From Ignicoccus hospitalis KIN4/I (GTDB lineage: Archaea > Thermoproteota > Thermoprotei_A > Sulfolobales > Ignicoccaceae), in assembly GCF_000017945.1 (NCBI RefSeq), contig NC_009776.1:870001-902000 (forward strand): DNA of 32,000 bases, in the 5' to 3' direction. The notes beneath the pieces are model-generated. The model did not search any database. It worked only from the letters and a program-made list of their open reading frames with translations, and had not been told where the DNA came from. Of the stretch, positions 1-9,023 are shown piece by piece. Positions within the stretch are counted from its first letter, which is position 1. Every line of letters starts with the position of its first letter. Position numbers and translations under genes: made by a program.

Positions 1-542
1 AAGGCGCTCAGAAGTACGTCAAGTTGAAGAACTACATATTCTATGACTCCGAGAGAAACGCGCAGATAGCGAGGGTAGTGAAGAAGCTGCCGAAGCCAGT
101 ACTAGTCTTAGTAAAAGAGGTAAAACACGCACACGAGTTGTGTAAGGCCATAAAGTCGGAGCGCCTCTCGTGTGCGGTGCTGACCGGCAAGGAGAGCTCC
201 TCCCAGAGGGAGTCCGTCCTGAGGGCAGTCTTGAGGGGAGACTTGGACGTGGTAGTTGCTACCACCTTGGCCGACGAGGGCTTGGACCTCCCGCCGCTTA
301 GGTCATTGGTCTTGGCGGCCGGGGGGAGGTCGCAGACGCGCACCCTCCAGAGGGTCGGGAGGGTCACGAGGCCCTACCCCGGCAAGGAGGTGGGCATAGT
401 AGTTGACGTCTGGGACGACGACCGGGAGGCAGGAGGGATATTTTATAGGCAAGGGCTGGCCCGCATGTCCCTTTACCGCACTGAAGACATGTGGAAAATT
501 GTGGTTAAAGATATTAAACAATTTCTGAAGGAGAAGAACTGA
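1..542 (+). CDS. Superfamily 2 DNA/RNA helicase, C-terminal part (SSL2/XPB-like), truncated at window start
   Basis: Frame is open from base 3 upstream of the listed TTG at 24. Translation contains DVVVATTLADEGLDLPPLRSLVLAAGGRSQTRTLQRVGRVTRPYPGKE, matching SF2 helicase motifs V and VI (QRxGRxxR). Confidence 0.8.
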   Translation, partial: GAQKYVKLKNYIFYDSERNAQIARVVKKLPKPVLVLVKEVKHAHELCKAIKSERLSCAVLTGKESSSQRESVLRAVLRGDLDVVVATTLADEGLDLPPLRSLVLAAGGRSQTRTLQRVGRVTRPYPGKEVGIVVDVWDDDREAGGIFYRQGLARMSLYRTEDMWKIVVKDIKQFLKEKN

Positions 543-590
543 GCGCGAATGTGATTTAAAACGTAGCTCGCAGGCGGTCCGGGAGGTCAT

Positions 591-812
591 ATGGCGGACA
601 CGGCCCACAAGGTGATGGCAGAGGCAATAGGCAAGATAGTACTAGTCAAACTGAGGGACGGTAAGGTCAGGGGGAGGCTGAAGACCTTCGACATGCACTT
701 GAACATAGTCTTGGAGGATGCCGAGGAGGTCAGGGAAGACCAGACGAGGCCCTTAGGAACAATATTAATCAGAGGAGACGGCGTAGTCTTCGTATCTCCA
801 GTGGAGGTGTGA
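591..812 (+). CDS. Sm-like (LSm) archaeal snRNP protein
   Basis: 73 aa; Sm1/Sm2-like [31 protein letters not shown]...[16 protein letters not shown]. Confidence 0.93.
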   Translation: MADTAHKVMAEAIGKIVLVKLRDGKVRGRLKTFDMHLNIVLEDAEEVREDQTRPLGTILIRGDGVVFVSPVEV

Positions 813-816
813 GGCC

Positions 817-1008
817 ATGAGCAAGGGCACTCCCTCGTTCGGCAAGCACAACAAGGGCAAGACCCACATAAGGTGTAGGAGGTGCGGCAGACACTCGTTC
901 AACGTTAGGAAGGGGTATTGCGTCGCTTGCGGCTTCGGGCGCTCTAAGAGGATGAGGCGCTACAGCTGGCAGAACAAGAAGTCTTGGACCCGCGTTAGGC
1001 TCAAGTAA
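817..1008 (+). CDS. rpl37e: 50S ribosomal protein L37e
   Basis: 63 aa; [51 protein letters not shown] with two CxxC zinc-ribbon pairs; next to LSm as in many archaea. Confidence 0.97.
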   Translation: MSKGTPSFGKHNKGKTHIRCRRCGRHSFNVRKGYCVACGFGRSKRMRRYSWQNKKSWTRVRLK

Positions 1009-1053
1009 CTTTTAGTTCTTTCCGTATTCCTTGCAACCGGAAGGTGTGACGCG

Positions 1054-1692
1054 TTGAGCGTAGACGAGAAGGTGGCGAGGGCCCTAAAGGGCACTACGAC
1101 CGTCGGCATAAGGTCCGAAAAGGCGGTCGTCCTCGCGGCGGACAAGAGGGCCACTGCGGGGAACTTCATAGTCCACAAGAGGGTGGAAAAGATAGTGAAG
1201 ATCAGCGATTACATGGCGATGACCACGGCCGGCCTCGTAGCAGACGCTCAAGTGCTCGCGGACGTGTTGAGGATGGAAGTGAAGAACTACGAGCTGTTCC
1301 ATAAAAAGAGAATGAGCGTTAAGGCCGCGGCCACCTTCTTATCGAACGTGCTCCACTCGGCCCGCTTCTACCCCTACATAGTTCAACTGCTAGTGGGCGG
1401 CTTTGACACCGCCCCCAGGCTCTACAGCTTGGACTGGTTCGGGACGGTAGCTGAAGAGGAGTTCTTAGTCACCGGCTCCGGCTCTCCGATGGCCGTTGGG
1501 GTCATCGAGGCTGAGTACAACCCCAATATGGACTTAGAGGAGCTGGTGAACTTAGCAGTGCGCGCGGTCTTCGCGGCCACTCGGAGGGACACCGCCTCCG
1601 GCGAGGGCATAGACGTCGCAGTCATCGATCGGAACGGCATCACAATGCGCCATTACCGCTTAGGTGATGTAATAAGGCTTGTGCGCCCGTAA
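1054..1692 (+). CDS. psmB: Proteasome beta subunit
   Basis: Short propeptide MSVDEKVARALKG followed by TTTVGIRSEKAVVLAADKRATAGNFIVHKRVEKI; N-terminal nucleophile Thr, conserved Asp/Lys and GSGSP...GEGIDVAVI. Confidence 0.95.
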   Translation: MSVDEKVARALKGTTTVGIRSEKAVVLAADKRATAGNFIVHKRVEKIVKISDYMAMTTAGLVADAQVLADVLRMEVKNYELFHKKRMSVKAAATFLSNVLHSARFYPYIVQLLVGGFDTAPRLYSLDWFGTVAEEEFLVTGSGSPMAVGVIEAEYNPNMDLEELVNLAVRAVFAATRRDTASGEGIDVAVIDRNGITMRHYRLGDVIRLVRP

Positions 1693-1739
1693 GAAATAGG
1701 TTTTTCACTCCTCTGAGGAGGAGTTCTGGGCATTAAGCT

Positions 1740-4700
1740 ATGAAGAAGGTGTTGGCGTTCTTACTGACGTTAGCGGCGGCGGCCTTGGCGCAGAAGCTGG
1801 TAGTTCCAACTGCGATGAGCTGTGTTATTTCCGCTAACTACCCCAAGTTCGAGGTCCCCGTTCCCGTAATAACGATAAACGCGACCTCCCTCACGGTGCG
1901 AGTAGACGCTTGCGGCTTGGTTTCTTCTAAGGCTTACGTAGCGATGGCCTATACCAAAGGAACTATAGGTTTGGAGTTGCCCCTCAAGGAGCTGAGGTAC
2001 AAGTTCCCTTGCGGCGCTATAACAGTTGAGCTAGTCAACGACAAGGGAGAAGTTGTAGATGAGAGAAAAATAGCGTTTACTTTAGAGGTAATTAATATGA
2101 CGGAACCAATAATGATGTGTACGGCCTCGAGTGAGCTCACCGAGCTAGCTCTAAACAGTACCGAGGACGTGATTAAGTTCCTCAAAGCTGCTTACGATGG
2201 AGAAGCCTTCGAGACGTCGTTGTACATAGAGGCGTATAAGCCTACCTCCGTAACGGTTTACCTAGAGGGTCTAAAGGCCCGTTCGGCGGTCCCGAGCGTA
2301 GGCGTAGCAATCATTAAGGACAACATTGTAAGGATAATTAGAGCAAACGACACTAAGGCTATTACGCTGTACCTCGTGCCTACGAAGCCGGTCGCCTCTG
2401 TAGAGGCGTTCTCCAACGACGGCGCTTTCGCCTACTTCTCCTTGAACGCGACCTCCACGGACCCGGACGGCGACGGACTCCCAAGCGGGAAGGAGCTTCT
2501 CACTTACCGCACCAACCCCCTCAACTCCGATACAGACGGAGATGGCTTAACCGACTACCAAGAAGTTAAGGTGTATCACACAGACCCCTTGAAGCCTGAC
2601 ACCGACGGCGACGGCCTAACTGATTACGAGGAGATTAAGATCTACAAGACTAACCCGCTTAACCCCGATACAGACGGAGACAAGCTAACAGATTACCAAG
2701 AGGTTAAGGTTTACCAGACCAACCCCTTGTCCAACGACACCGACGGAGATAGGCTTACCGATTACGAGGAGGTCTCGCTCTACCACACCAACCCCCTGAA
2801 CCCTGATACGGACGGGGACAAGCTAACGGACTATCAAGAAGTTAAGATCTACAAGACTAACCCGCTTAACCCCGATACAGATGCCGATGGCCTAACAGAT
2901 GGCGAGGAGGTCTTGGACTACGGCACTAACCCGCTTAGCAACGATACGGACAGAGATGGCCTGACCGACTACCAAGAAGTTAAGGTCTACCACACTGACC
3001 CGCTGAGGGTTGACACCGACAGAGACGGCCTCGACGACTACCAAGAGCTTTCTTACTATAAGACCAACCCCTTGTCCAACGACACCGATAAGGACGGCCT
3101 AACGGACGGCGAGGAAGTCCTAAAGTACAACACCAATCCGCTTAATCCCGATACAGACGGAGATGGCTTAACCGACTACCAAGAAGTTAAGGTGTATCAC
3201 ACAGACCCTCTCGCCCCCGATACCGACAAGGACGGCTTGACGGACTACGAGGAAGTGATGCTATACCACACGAGCCCTACGTTAGCGGACACCGACGAGG
3301 ACAAGCTAACCGACTACCAAGAGGTTAAGGTTTACCACACCAACCCTCTAAGCAACGACACCGACAAGGACGGCTTGACAGATTACCAAGAGGTTAAGGT
3401 TTACCACACTGACCCGCTTAACCCCGACACAGATGCCGACGACTTGACCGACTACGAGGAGATAATGAAGTACCACACCGACTACCTCTCTAACGACACC
3501 GATAAGGACGGCCTAACGGACGGCGAGGAAGTCCTAAAGTACAACACCAGCCCGTTTAAGGTCGACACGGACGGCGACAAGCTAACAGATTACCAAGAGG
3601 TCAGAATATACGGCACTAACCCCCTGAATACCGACACCGACGGAGATGGCTTAACCGACTACCAAGAGGTCACCATAGGCACCTCCCCGCTCAAGTCCGA
3701 CACAGACAAGGACGGTTTGACGGACTACCAGGAGACGGTGATATACCACACCAACCCCCTGAACCCTGATACGGACGGGGACAAGCTAACCGATTACGAG
3801 GAGATAATGAAATACCGTACCAACCCTCTAAGCAACGACACGGACAAGGACGGCTTGACGGACTACGAGGAAGTGATGCTATACCACACGAGCCCTACGT
3901 TAGCGGACACCGACGAGGACAAGCTAACCGACTACCAAGAGGTTAAGGTTTACCACACCAACCCTCTAAGCAACGACACCGACAAGGACGGCTTGACGGA
4001 CTACGAGGAAGTAGAGGAGCACAAGACTAACCCGCTTAACGCGGATAGCGACGACGACAAGCTGACAGATTATCAAGAAGTTAAGGTGTATCACACCGAC
4101 CCGCTCAGTCCCGACACCGACAGCGACAAGCTAACCGATTACGAGGAGATTAAGGTCTACAAGACTAACCCGTTCGACGAGGACACCGATAGCGACGGCT
4201 TAACAGATTACCAAGAGGTTAAGGTTTACCGTACCGACCCGCTTAACCCCGACACCGACAGCGACAAGCTGACCGACTACCTCGAAGTCGAGGTCTACCA
4301 CACCGACCCGCTTAACCCCGATACAGACGGGGACGGCGTTTGGGACTCCGTGGACGCAGCACCGCTGGGCGACGTGAGGCTGGTGGTAACGGTGTCGCTC
4401 TACCAAGTGTACAACGTACCTCTCGAATATTTGAACAAGCTCCAAGCCTCCGTGGGCGCCCCCGGGAGCTCAGTTACGGAGAGCGTCTACAAGCACGTGA
4501 TAACTTACACTTACGACTTAGATGACCATAAGCCGTACGCGGTTATAGACGTAGCGCTGTTCTTCGAGAAGGACGGAAGCGTGGAGGTAGTGGACGTTAA
4601 CCCCGTGTTCGGGGCGAGGACGCTGAGGTTTTACGTAAAACCCGTAATGAAGAACGTTACTTTCAACGGTACCAGCGAGTCCGTCCCCACCGAGCTACAA

Positions 4701-4895
4701 GTCTACTGGAAGGAGGACGACGAAGTCGTGGAGCTGGGCTCGCTGAAGCTGCCGGTGCTCAGGAACGCCACCAGCGTAGTGGTCATACCGTTGAAGACGG
4801 ACCTGTTCGCCGGCAACGTGTCTCCCAGGGAAGCGGGGGCCTACGTGGCGTCCATCACGGTGGGCTTCAAGCTGTTGATTGTCCCCACGAAATGA
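1740..4895 (+). CDS. Large secreted repeat protein (1051 aa) with thrombospondin-type-3-like calcium-binding repeats
   Basis: N-terminal signal peptide MKKVLAFLLTLAAAALAQ; non-repeat N-domain; tandem DTDxDGLTDYxEVKxYxTNPLxx units; non-repeat C-domain of about 170 aa. Confidence 0.9.
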   Translation: MKKVLAFLLTLAAAALAQKLVVPTAMSCVISANYPKFEVPVPVITINATSLTVRVDACGLVSSKAYVAMAYTKGTIGLELPLKELRYKFPCGAITVELVNDKGEVVDERKIAFTLEVINMTEPIMMCTASSELTELALNSTEDVIKFLKAAYDGEAFETSLYIEAYKPTSVTVYLEGLKARSAVPSVGVAIIKDNIVRIIRANDTKAITLYLVPTKPVASVEAFSNDGAFAYFSLNATSTDPDGDGLPSGKELLTYRTNPLNSDTDGDGLTDYQEVKVYHTDPLKPDTDGDGLTDYEEIKIYKTNPLNPDTDGDKLTDYQEVKVYQTNPLSNDTDGDRLTDYEEVSLYHTNPLNPDTDGDKLTDYQEVKIYKTNPLNPDTDADGLTDGEEVLDYGTNPLSNDTDRDGLTDYQEVKVYHTDPLRVDTDRDGLDDYQELSYYKTNPLSNDTDKDGLTDGEEVLKYNTNPLNPDTDGDGLTDYQEVKVYHTDPLAPDTDKDGLTDYEEVMLYHTSPTLADTDEDKLTDYQEVKVYHTNPLSNDTDKDGLTDYQEVKVYHTDPLNPDTDADDLTDYEEIMKYHTDYLSNDTDKDGLTDGEEVLKYNTSPFKVDTDGDKLTDYQEVRIYGTNPLNTDTDGDGLTDYQEVTIGTSPLKSDTDKDGLTDYQETVIYHTNPLNPDTDGDKLTDYEEIMKYRTNPLSNDTDKDGLTDYEEVMLYHTSPTLADTDEDKLTDYQEVKVYHTNPLSNDTDKDGLTDYEEVEEHKTNPLNADSDDDKLTDYQEVKVYHTDPLSPDTDSDKLTDYEEIKVYKTNPFDEDTDSDGLTDYQEVKVYRTDPLNPDTDSDKLTDYLEVEVYHTDPLNPDTDGDGVWDSVDAAPLGDVRLVVTVSLYQVYNVPLEYLNKLQASVGAPGSSVTESVYKHVITYTYDLDDHKPYAVIDVALFFEKDGSVEVVDVNPVFGARTLRFYVKPVMKNVTFNGTSESVPTELQVYWKEDDEVVELGSLKLPVLRNATSVVVIPLKTDLFAGNVSPREAGAYVASITVGFKLLIVPTK
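2460..4376 (+). repeat. Protein-coding tandem repeat, 69-bp/23-aa unit, 27 full units (one of 22 aa) plus partial 28th unit
   Basis: Counted from translation: unit 1 DPDGDGLPSGKELLTYRTNPLNS at 2460 to unit 28 DTDGDGVWDSVDAAPLGDV starting at 4320. 26x69 + 66 = 1860 bp, which matches the coordinates. Confidence 0.95.
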
Positions 4896-4928
4896 TTTTT
4901 GTCCCTACTCCTCCTACACTCCCGGTAG

Positions 4929-5966
4929 GTGTTTATGGTAACCGTTGCCGTCATAGAGGGCGACGGTATAGGCCCCGAGGTCGTGGGCGCGACCCTTAAG
5001 GTGCTCGAAAAGATAAGGGAAACTTTCAAACTGCCGCTGGAGTTCGTCTTCGTGGAGGCGGGCGACAGAGCTAAGGAGAAGTACGGCGAGGCCCTCCCTA
5101 AGGAGAGCTACGAGAGGCTCCTACGAGCGGACGCTATACTCAAGGGCCCCGTCGGCGAGACGGCAGCGGACGTCATAGTTAGGTTGAGGAGGGAGCTGGA
5201 CCTCTTCGCCAACATAAGGCCCGCGAAGGTCTTGCCCGGAGTCCCCGCACTTAAGGAAAATGTAGATCTAATTATAGTTAGGGAAAATATAGAGGACCTT
5301 TACGTTGGTGCCGAGAACCTCTTGCCCCAGACCTCCTTGGGCCACAAGGTCGCGGTGGGCCTCAGACTGGCTTCAGAGAGGGAGACGAGGAGGGTGGCGA
5401 AGGTCGCCGCGGAGTACGCTAAAGCCCGTAGGAACAAAGTAACTATAGTACACAAGGCTAACGTAATGAGGGTGACGTGCGGGCTCTTCAGAGACGTCGC
5501 GAAGGAGGTCTTGGAGGCTGAGGGGGTTGAGGTAGACGAGATGTACGTGGACGCGGCCGCTATGGAGTTGGTCAGAAGGCCGGAGAGGTTCGACGTAATG
5601 CTGACTCCGAACGTCTTCGGGGACATACTCTCCGACTTGGCGGCCCAAGTGGTCGGCAGCTTGGGCTTGGCGCCCAGCGGCAACATAGGCGAGGAGCGCG
5701 CGCTGTTCGAGCCGGTCCACGGGGCGGCCTTCGACATAGCGGGTAAGGGGATAGCCAACCCTACGGCGACCATGCTAGCGGCGTCGATGATGTTGGAGTG
5801 GTTAGAGAGGAAGAAGGGGCTCCCCAAAGGGGCGGAAGCGGCCGCTGCGCTTCAGAGGGCGATAGAGAAGGCCTTGTCAGAGGGAGTAAAGACGCCGGAC
5901 TTGGGCGGGAACTACGGCACCTTCGAGTTCGCAGAAGAGGTCGTTAAGAGGTTGCAGCTTCCTTAG
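4929..5966 (+). CDS. leuB: 3-isopropylmalate/homoisocitrate/isocitrate dehydrogenase family, most likely 3-isopropylmalate dehydrogenase
   Basis: VAVIEGDGIGPEVV, IIVRENIEDLYVGAE, NVFGDILSDLAAQVVGSLGLAPSGNIG, LFEPVHGAAFDIAGKGIANPTA. Confidence 0.85.
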   Translation: MFMVTVAVIEGDGIGPEVVGATLKVLEKIRETFKLPLEFVFVEAGDRAKEKYGEALPKESYERLLRADAILKGPVGETAADVIVRLRRELDLFANIRPAKVLPGVPALKENVDLIIVRENIEDLYVGAENLLPQTSLGHKVAVGLRLASERETRRVAKVAAEYAKARRNKVTIVHKANVMRVTCGLFRDVAKEVLEAEGVEVDEMYVDAAAMELVRRPERFDVMLTPNVFGDILSDLAAQVVGSLGLAPSGNIGEERALFEPVHGAAFDIAGKGIANPTATMLAASMMLEWLERKKGLPKGAEAAAALQRAIEKALSEGVKTPDLGGNYGTFEFAEEVVKRLQLP

Positions 5967-7143
5967 CCCTCTCCCTCTCCTCTAAGACCTTTTCTACGAT
6001 CTCCCTCAGCTTGTCCTCGGTAACCCTAATGCCCATGTCGCCGAGCCTCTTAACCTCGTCTAACACCCTTAGGACCACGTCAGGGTCCGTGGGGTAGCCT
6101 AGGGTCTTGAGGGCGTATTCAACGCCGTGCCTGCCGGAGTGCTTGCCGAGCACGATCCTCCTCCTCTGGCCGACCATTTCCGGCTGTATGGGCTCGTAGG
6201 TGAACGGGTTGTTGATCACCCCGTGCACGTGTATGCCGGACTCGTGACTGAAGACGTTCTCGCCGACGATGGGCTTGTTAGGAGGTATCGGTATGCCGGT
6301 TATCTTGGACACCAGCAGGCTGGTCTCGTAGAGCAGCTTAGTGTTGACGCCGGTCCTCACGTTCAGTAAGAACTCTAGGGCAGCCACCACTTCCTCGAGC
6401 GCGGCGTTGCCGGCCCTCTCCCCTATCCCGTTCACGGTCACGTGGGCTTGCCTGGCGCCGGCCTCTATGCCGGCTATGCTGTTCGCTACGGCCAAGCCGA
6501 AGTCGTTGTGGCAGTGGACGCTGACTATCCTCCCCTTGGCGGCCGGCAGTATGAACTTTATTAGGTACTTCATCCTGGTGGGCGTCATGACTCCTACGGT
6601 ATCGGGTATGTCCACCCTGTCCGCCCCCGCGTCCACTACGGCTTCAACCATAGTGTAGAGGTAGTTGAGGTCTGCCCTGGTGCCGTCCTCGGGGCTGAAC
6701 TCCACCGTCACCCCGTGGCTCTTCGCGTATTCCACCGCCTCTACGGCCCTCCTGAGGGCTTCCTCTCTGGTCATCCTAAGCTTGTACTTCAAGTGGATGT
6801 CCGAAGCTGCTATGAACACGTGGATCGCGTCCACGTCGGCGTCCAGAGCCTTATCTATGTCCCTCTTGTTCGCCCTAGCTAGGGCCACTATCTCCGGGCC
6901 CAGTCCCTCTCGGGCAATCGCCTTAACCGCCTCGAACTCGCCTTGGGACACTGCCGGGAAGCCGGCCTCTATGCTCGCTACTCCTAGCTTCGCGAGCTGT
7001 CTCGCGATCATCAGCTTCTGTTCCTTGGTGAAGCTTATTCCGGGGGTCTGCTCGCCGTCACGTAAGGTGGTATCAAAAATGCGTACCTCTTTGGGGAGGT
7101 TTTCCAGCTCTTCCGCTATCCTTACGCCCTCAACAATAAGCAT
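5944..7143 (-). CDS. Isopropylmalate/citramalate/homocitrate synthase family (DRE-TIM metallolyase)
   Basis: RIFDTTLRDGEQTPGISFTKEQKLMIARQL, SVHCHNDFGLAVANSIAGIEAGARQAHVTVNGIGERAGN, GENVFSHESGIHVHG. Exact substrate not resolvable by eye. Confidence 0.9.
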   Translation of the reverse strand: MLIVEGVRIAEELENLPKEVRIFDTTLRDGEQTPGISFTKEQKLMIARQLAKLGVASIEAGFPAVSQGEFEAVKAIAREGLGPEIVALARANKRDIDKALDADVDAIHVFIAASDIHLKYKLRMTREEALRRAVEAVEYAKSHGVTVEFSPEDGTRADLNYLYTMVEAVVDAGADRVDIPDTVGVMTPTRMKYLIKFILPAAKGRIVSVHCHNDFGLAVANSIAGIEAGARQAHVTVNGIGERAGNAALEEVVAALEFLLNVRTGVNTKLLYETSLLVSKITGIPIPPNKPIVGENVFSHESGIHVHGVINNPFTYEPIQPEMVGQRRRIVLGKHSGRHGVEYALKTLGYPTDPDVVLRVLDEVKRLGDMGIRVTEDKLREIVEKVLEERERAKEAATS

Positions 7144-7235
7144 CTCCTAACGCGGGTCTCCCGAGGACGTTATAAAACTACCCGCGCGCTTTCCACTCAT
7201 AACCCAACGCTCTGCTCCATCAAGGGAGATAGGAG

Positions 7236-7817
7236 TTGCCGAAGGACTTCTTGAGGCAGATAGTAAACCCCACCTTGCTCGAGTTCGAAATACCCGTGCA
7301 GATATTGACAGAAATAAGGAAGAAGCTAGAGCTGGCCGAGAACAAGTACAACTTCAGCGCATTCGGGGGTGACCCTAAGAACTTGGTCAAGTTCTTCCAA
7401 TCGCCGCTCTGGAAAGAGGTCGTCGAACTCTTTGACGCGGCGGGGGCTAGGGCGGCCCTCATAAAGATCCTAGAAAAGACCAAAGAAGCCTACAAGGACG
7501 ACGAGGAGATAGTAAAAGCGGTCGAGAGGGCGCTGGAAGAACTAAAGAAGGGCGGGGAGGTCGAAAAGGTTACCAACGTTCTGGACATGGTTAAGAAGGC
7601 CGTCGAAGAGGTAGTGGGCGACTTCGCGGAGGTGAAGCTCTCGGAGGATAAGGTAATAGTAGAGGGAGATAGGTTCGAGGCGAAGGTGGAGGAACACGGA
7701 GGCAAGTACAGCGTGAGGCTGGAGGTCCGGGGAGTCTTCGAGGCCTCGAGCCTCGAGGAGATCAAGGGGTTATTGAAGGAGGCTAAAGAGTTAGCTTCGA
7801 AGCTCGTACCTCCATGA
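7236..7817 (+). CDS. Uncharacterised protein, 193 aa, helical N-terminal two-thirds with charged alpha/beta C-terminus
   Basis: Long ORF with TTG start and good coding character; the opposite-strand ORFs here have implausible composition. No family recognised. Confidence 0.75.
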   Translation: MPKDFLRQIVNPTLLEFEIPVQILTEIRKKLELAENKYNFSAFGGDPKNLVKFFQSPLWKEVVELFDAAGARAALIKILEKTKEAYKDDEEIVKAVERALEELKKGGEVEKVTNVLDMVKKAVEEVVGDFAEVKLSEDKVIVEGDRFEAKVEEHGGKYSVRLEVRGVFEASSLEEIKGLLKEAKELASKLVPP

Positions 7818-7870
7818 TCGAGCTCTAAGTACTTTTTAAAATAGCAGTTCCCCGTCCAGGCGGGGGTACG

Positions 7871-8332
7871 TTGGGGGGCATCAAGATACCCAGCGAGTAC
7901 TTCGAATACATAGTAATGGCACTCGAAATAATGCTGATACTGTTAACGGCGGCGTTCACCTTCCTCTCGCTCCTGTGGTTCGGCCAGACGCTCGCCAAGG
8001 ACTTCATCCACATAAGCGGGAGCGGCGAGGGCTTCGCGGTCACCAAGGAGGCAATAGTGGAGCTGTTGGACATAACCTTGCTAACCCTAATAATTATAGA
8101 CGTCCTCCAAATAGTGGTGGCTAGGTATACCAGCTCCTACGACTACTTGCGCATAGCCGTGGAGGTGGGCATGCTATCGCTACTGAGGGAGCTAATATCA
8201 GTCGAGATCAAGAAGCCCGACCCAATCAAAGTGCTCTCCTTCGCCATAGCGATACTTATGCTGTTCTTCGTCTGGCTGGGGCTTAACAGAGCTAGGGTGG
8301 TTGACGCACTGAAGGAGAGCCTCCTCAAATAG
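7871..8332 (+). CDS. Small membrane protein, possibly PsiE-like
   Basis: Several TM segments (EIMLILLTAAFTFLSLLW; DITLLTLIIIDVLQIVVARY; SFAIAILMLFFVWLGL); the YLRIAVEVGMLSLLRELI segment resembles PsiE-family proteins. Confidence 0.6.
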   Translation: MGGIKIPSEYFEYIVMALEIMLILLTAAFTFLSLLWFGQTLAKDFIHISGSGEGFAVTKEAIVELLDITLLTLIIIDVLQIVVARYTSSYDYLRIAVEVGMLSLLRELISVEIKKPDPIKVLSFAIAILMLFFVWLGLNRARVVDALKESLLK

Positions 8333-8920
8333 GCTTAGGTCCTCTATCCAAACGGTAGAGAACTTTTTGATTTGAGGGTCCCTCACGCCTATGGAGCAGC
8401 CGGACGCGAGCATTGCCGGCACGTCTATCAAGCTGTCGCCCACATATATTACCTCCTTTAGCCCTATGTCCAATTTTTCCAATAATTTCTTCAATCCCAG
8501 CGCCTTGTTCTTCGGCTCCACGACGGGCTTGCACTCGTAGCAAGGGTTGGCCAGCCACAAGTGGACCCCGAGGAGCTCGGCCACCTTGGCCGTGCTGGCC
8601 TCCAGCCCCGCGCTGAGCAGGCCCACTGCCATCCCCCTTCGCTTAACCAAGTTGACCGAGTTGGCGGCGTTGGGGTGTACGTAATCCACTACTCTTTCCA
8701 TAATTCTTAACACGTCCTCCCTCGTCAAGTCCTTCTTCGCGGACTTCCACCTCTCCCAGTCCCTCCTGCACCACTCCTCGTAACTTATTTCGCCGCGAAA
8801 GTATTTCTTCATATCATCCAAGGATCCGGACGTCCCCAAGCTTTTGTGGACGAACTCCCAGCTGCTCTTAAAGGTTAGGAGCACGCCGTCCACGTCGAAC
8901 ACGGTAGCTCTATACTTCAA
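8198..8920 (-). CDS. HAD-superfamily hydrolase, phosphoserine-phosphatase-like
   Basis: ATVFDVDGVLLTFKSSW (motif I DxDGV), LLSAGLEAS (motif II), VIYVGDSLIDVPAMLASGCSIGV (motif IV). Start placed at TTG 8920 rather than the longest-ORF start 9139. Confidence 0.8.
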   Translation of the reverse strand: MKYRATVFDVDGVLLTFKSSWEFVHKSLGTSGSLDDMKKYFRGEISYEEWCRRDWERWKSAKKDLTREDVLRIMERVVDYVHPNAANSVNLVKRRGMAVGLLSAGLEASTAKVAELLGVHLWLANPCYECKPVVEPKNKALGLKKLLEKLDIGLKEVIYVGDSLIDVPAMLASGCSIGVRDPQIKKFSTVWIEDLSLFEEALLQCVNHPSSVKPQPDEEQHKYRYGEGEHFDWVGLLDLD

Positions 8921-9023
8921 CCCTTCAAACCCTTCGTCCTGGCCCTCGAAAGGTGTTTTCTGGGAAACGCCCTTCCTCCCGCTCGAAAGGGGAGGGCCGG
9001 AAGCTACTGTAAGTGAGGGGAAG

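Noticed and set aside
41-1302. Minus-strand ORFs 41-367, 303-608, 960-1178 and 1084-1302
   Set aside because: They are antisense to well-supported helicase, LSm, L37e and proteasome genes and have composition expected of shadow ORFs in GC-rich DNA.
2460-4376. Possible CRISPR array or DNA-level satellite, given the regular 69-bp period
   Set aside because: The period is a multiple of three, lies wholly in one open frame with a signal peptide, varies mainly at synonymous and interface positions, and has no repeat/spacer alternation.
5300-5827. Long minus-strand ORF (175 aa) inside the isopropylmalate dehydrogenase gene
   Set aside because: Ser/Thr/Leu-rich shadow translation; the plus strand has full family motifs.
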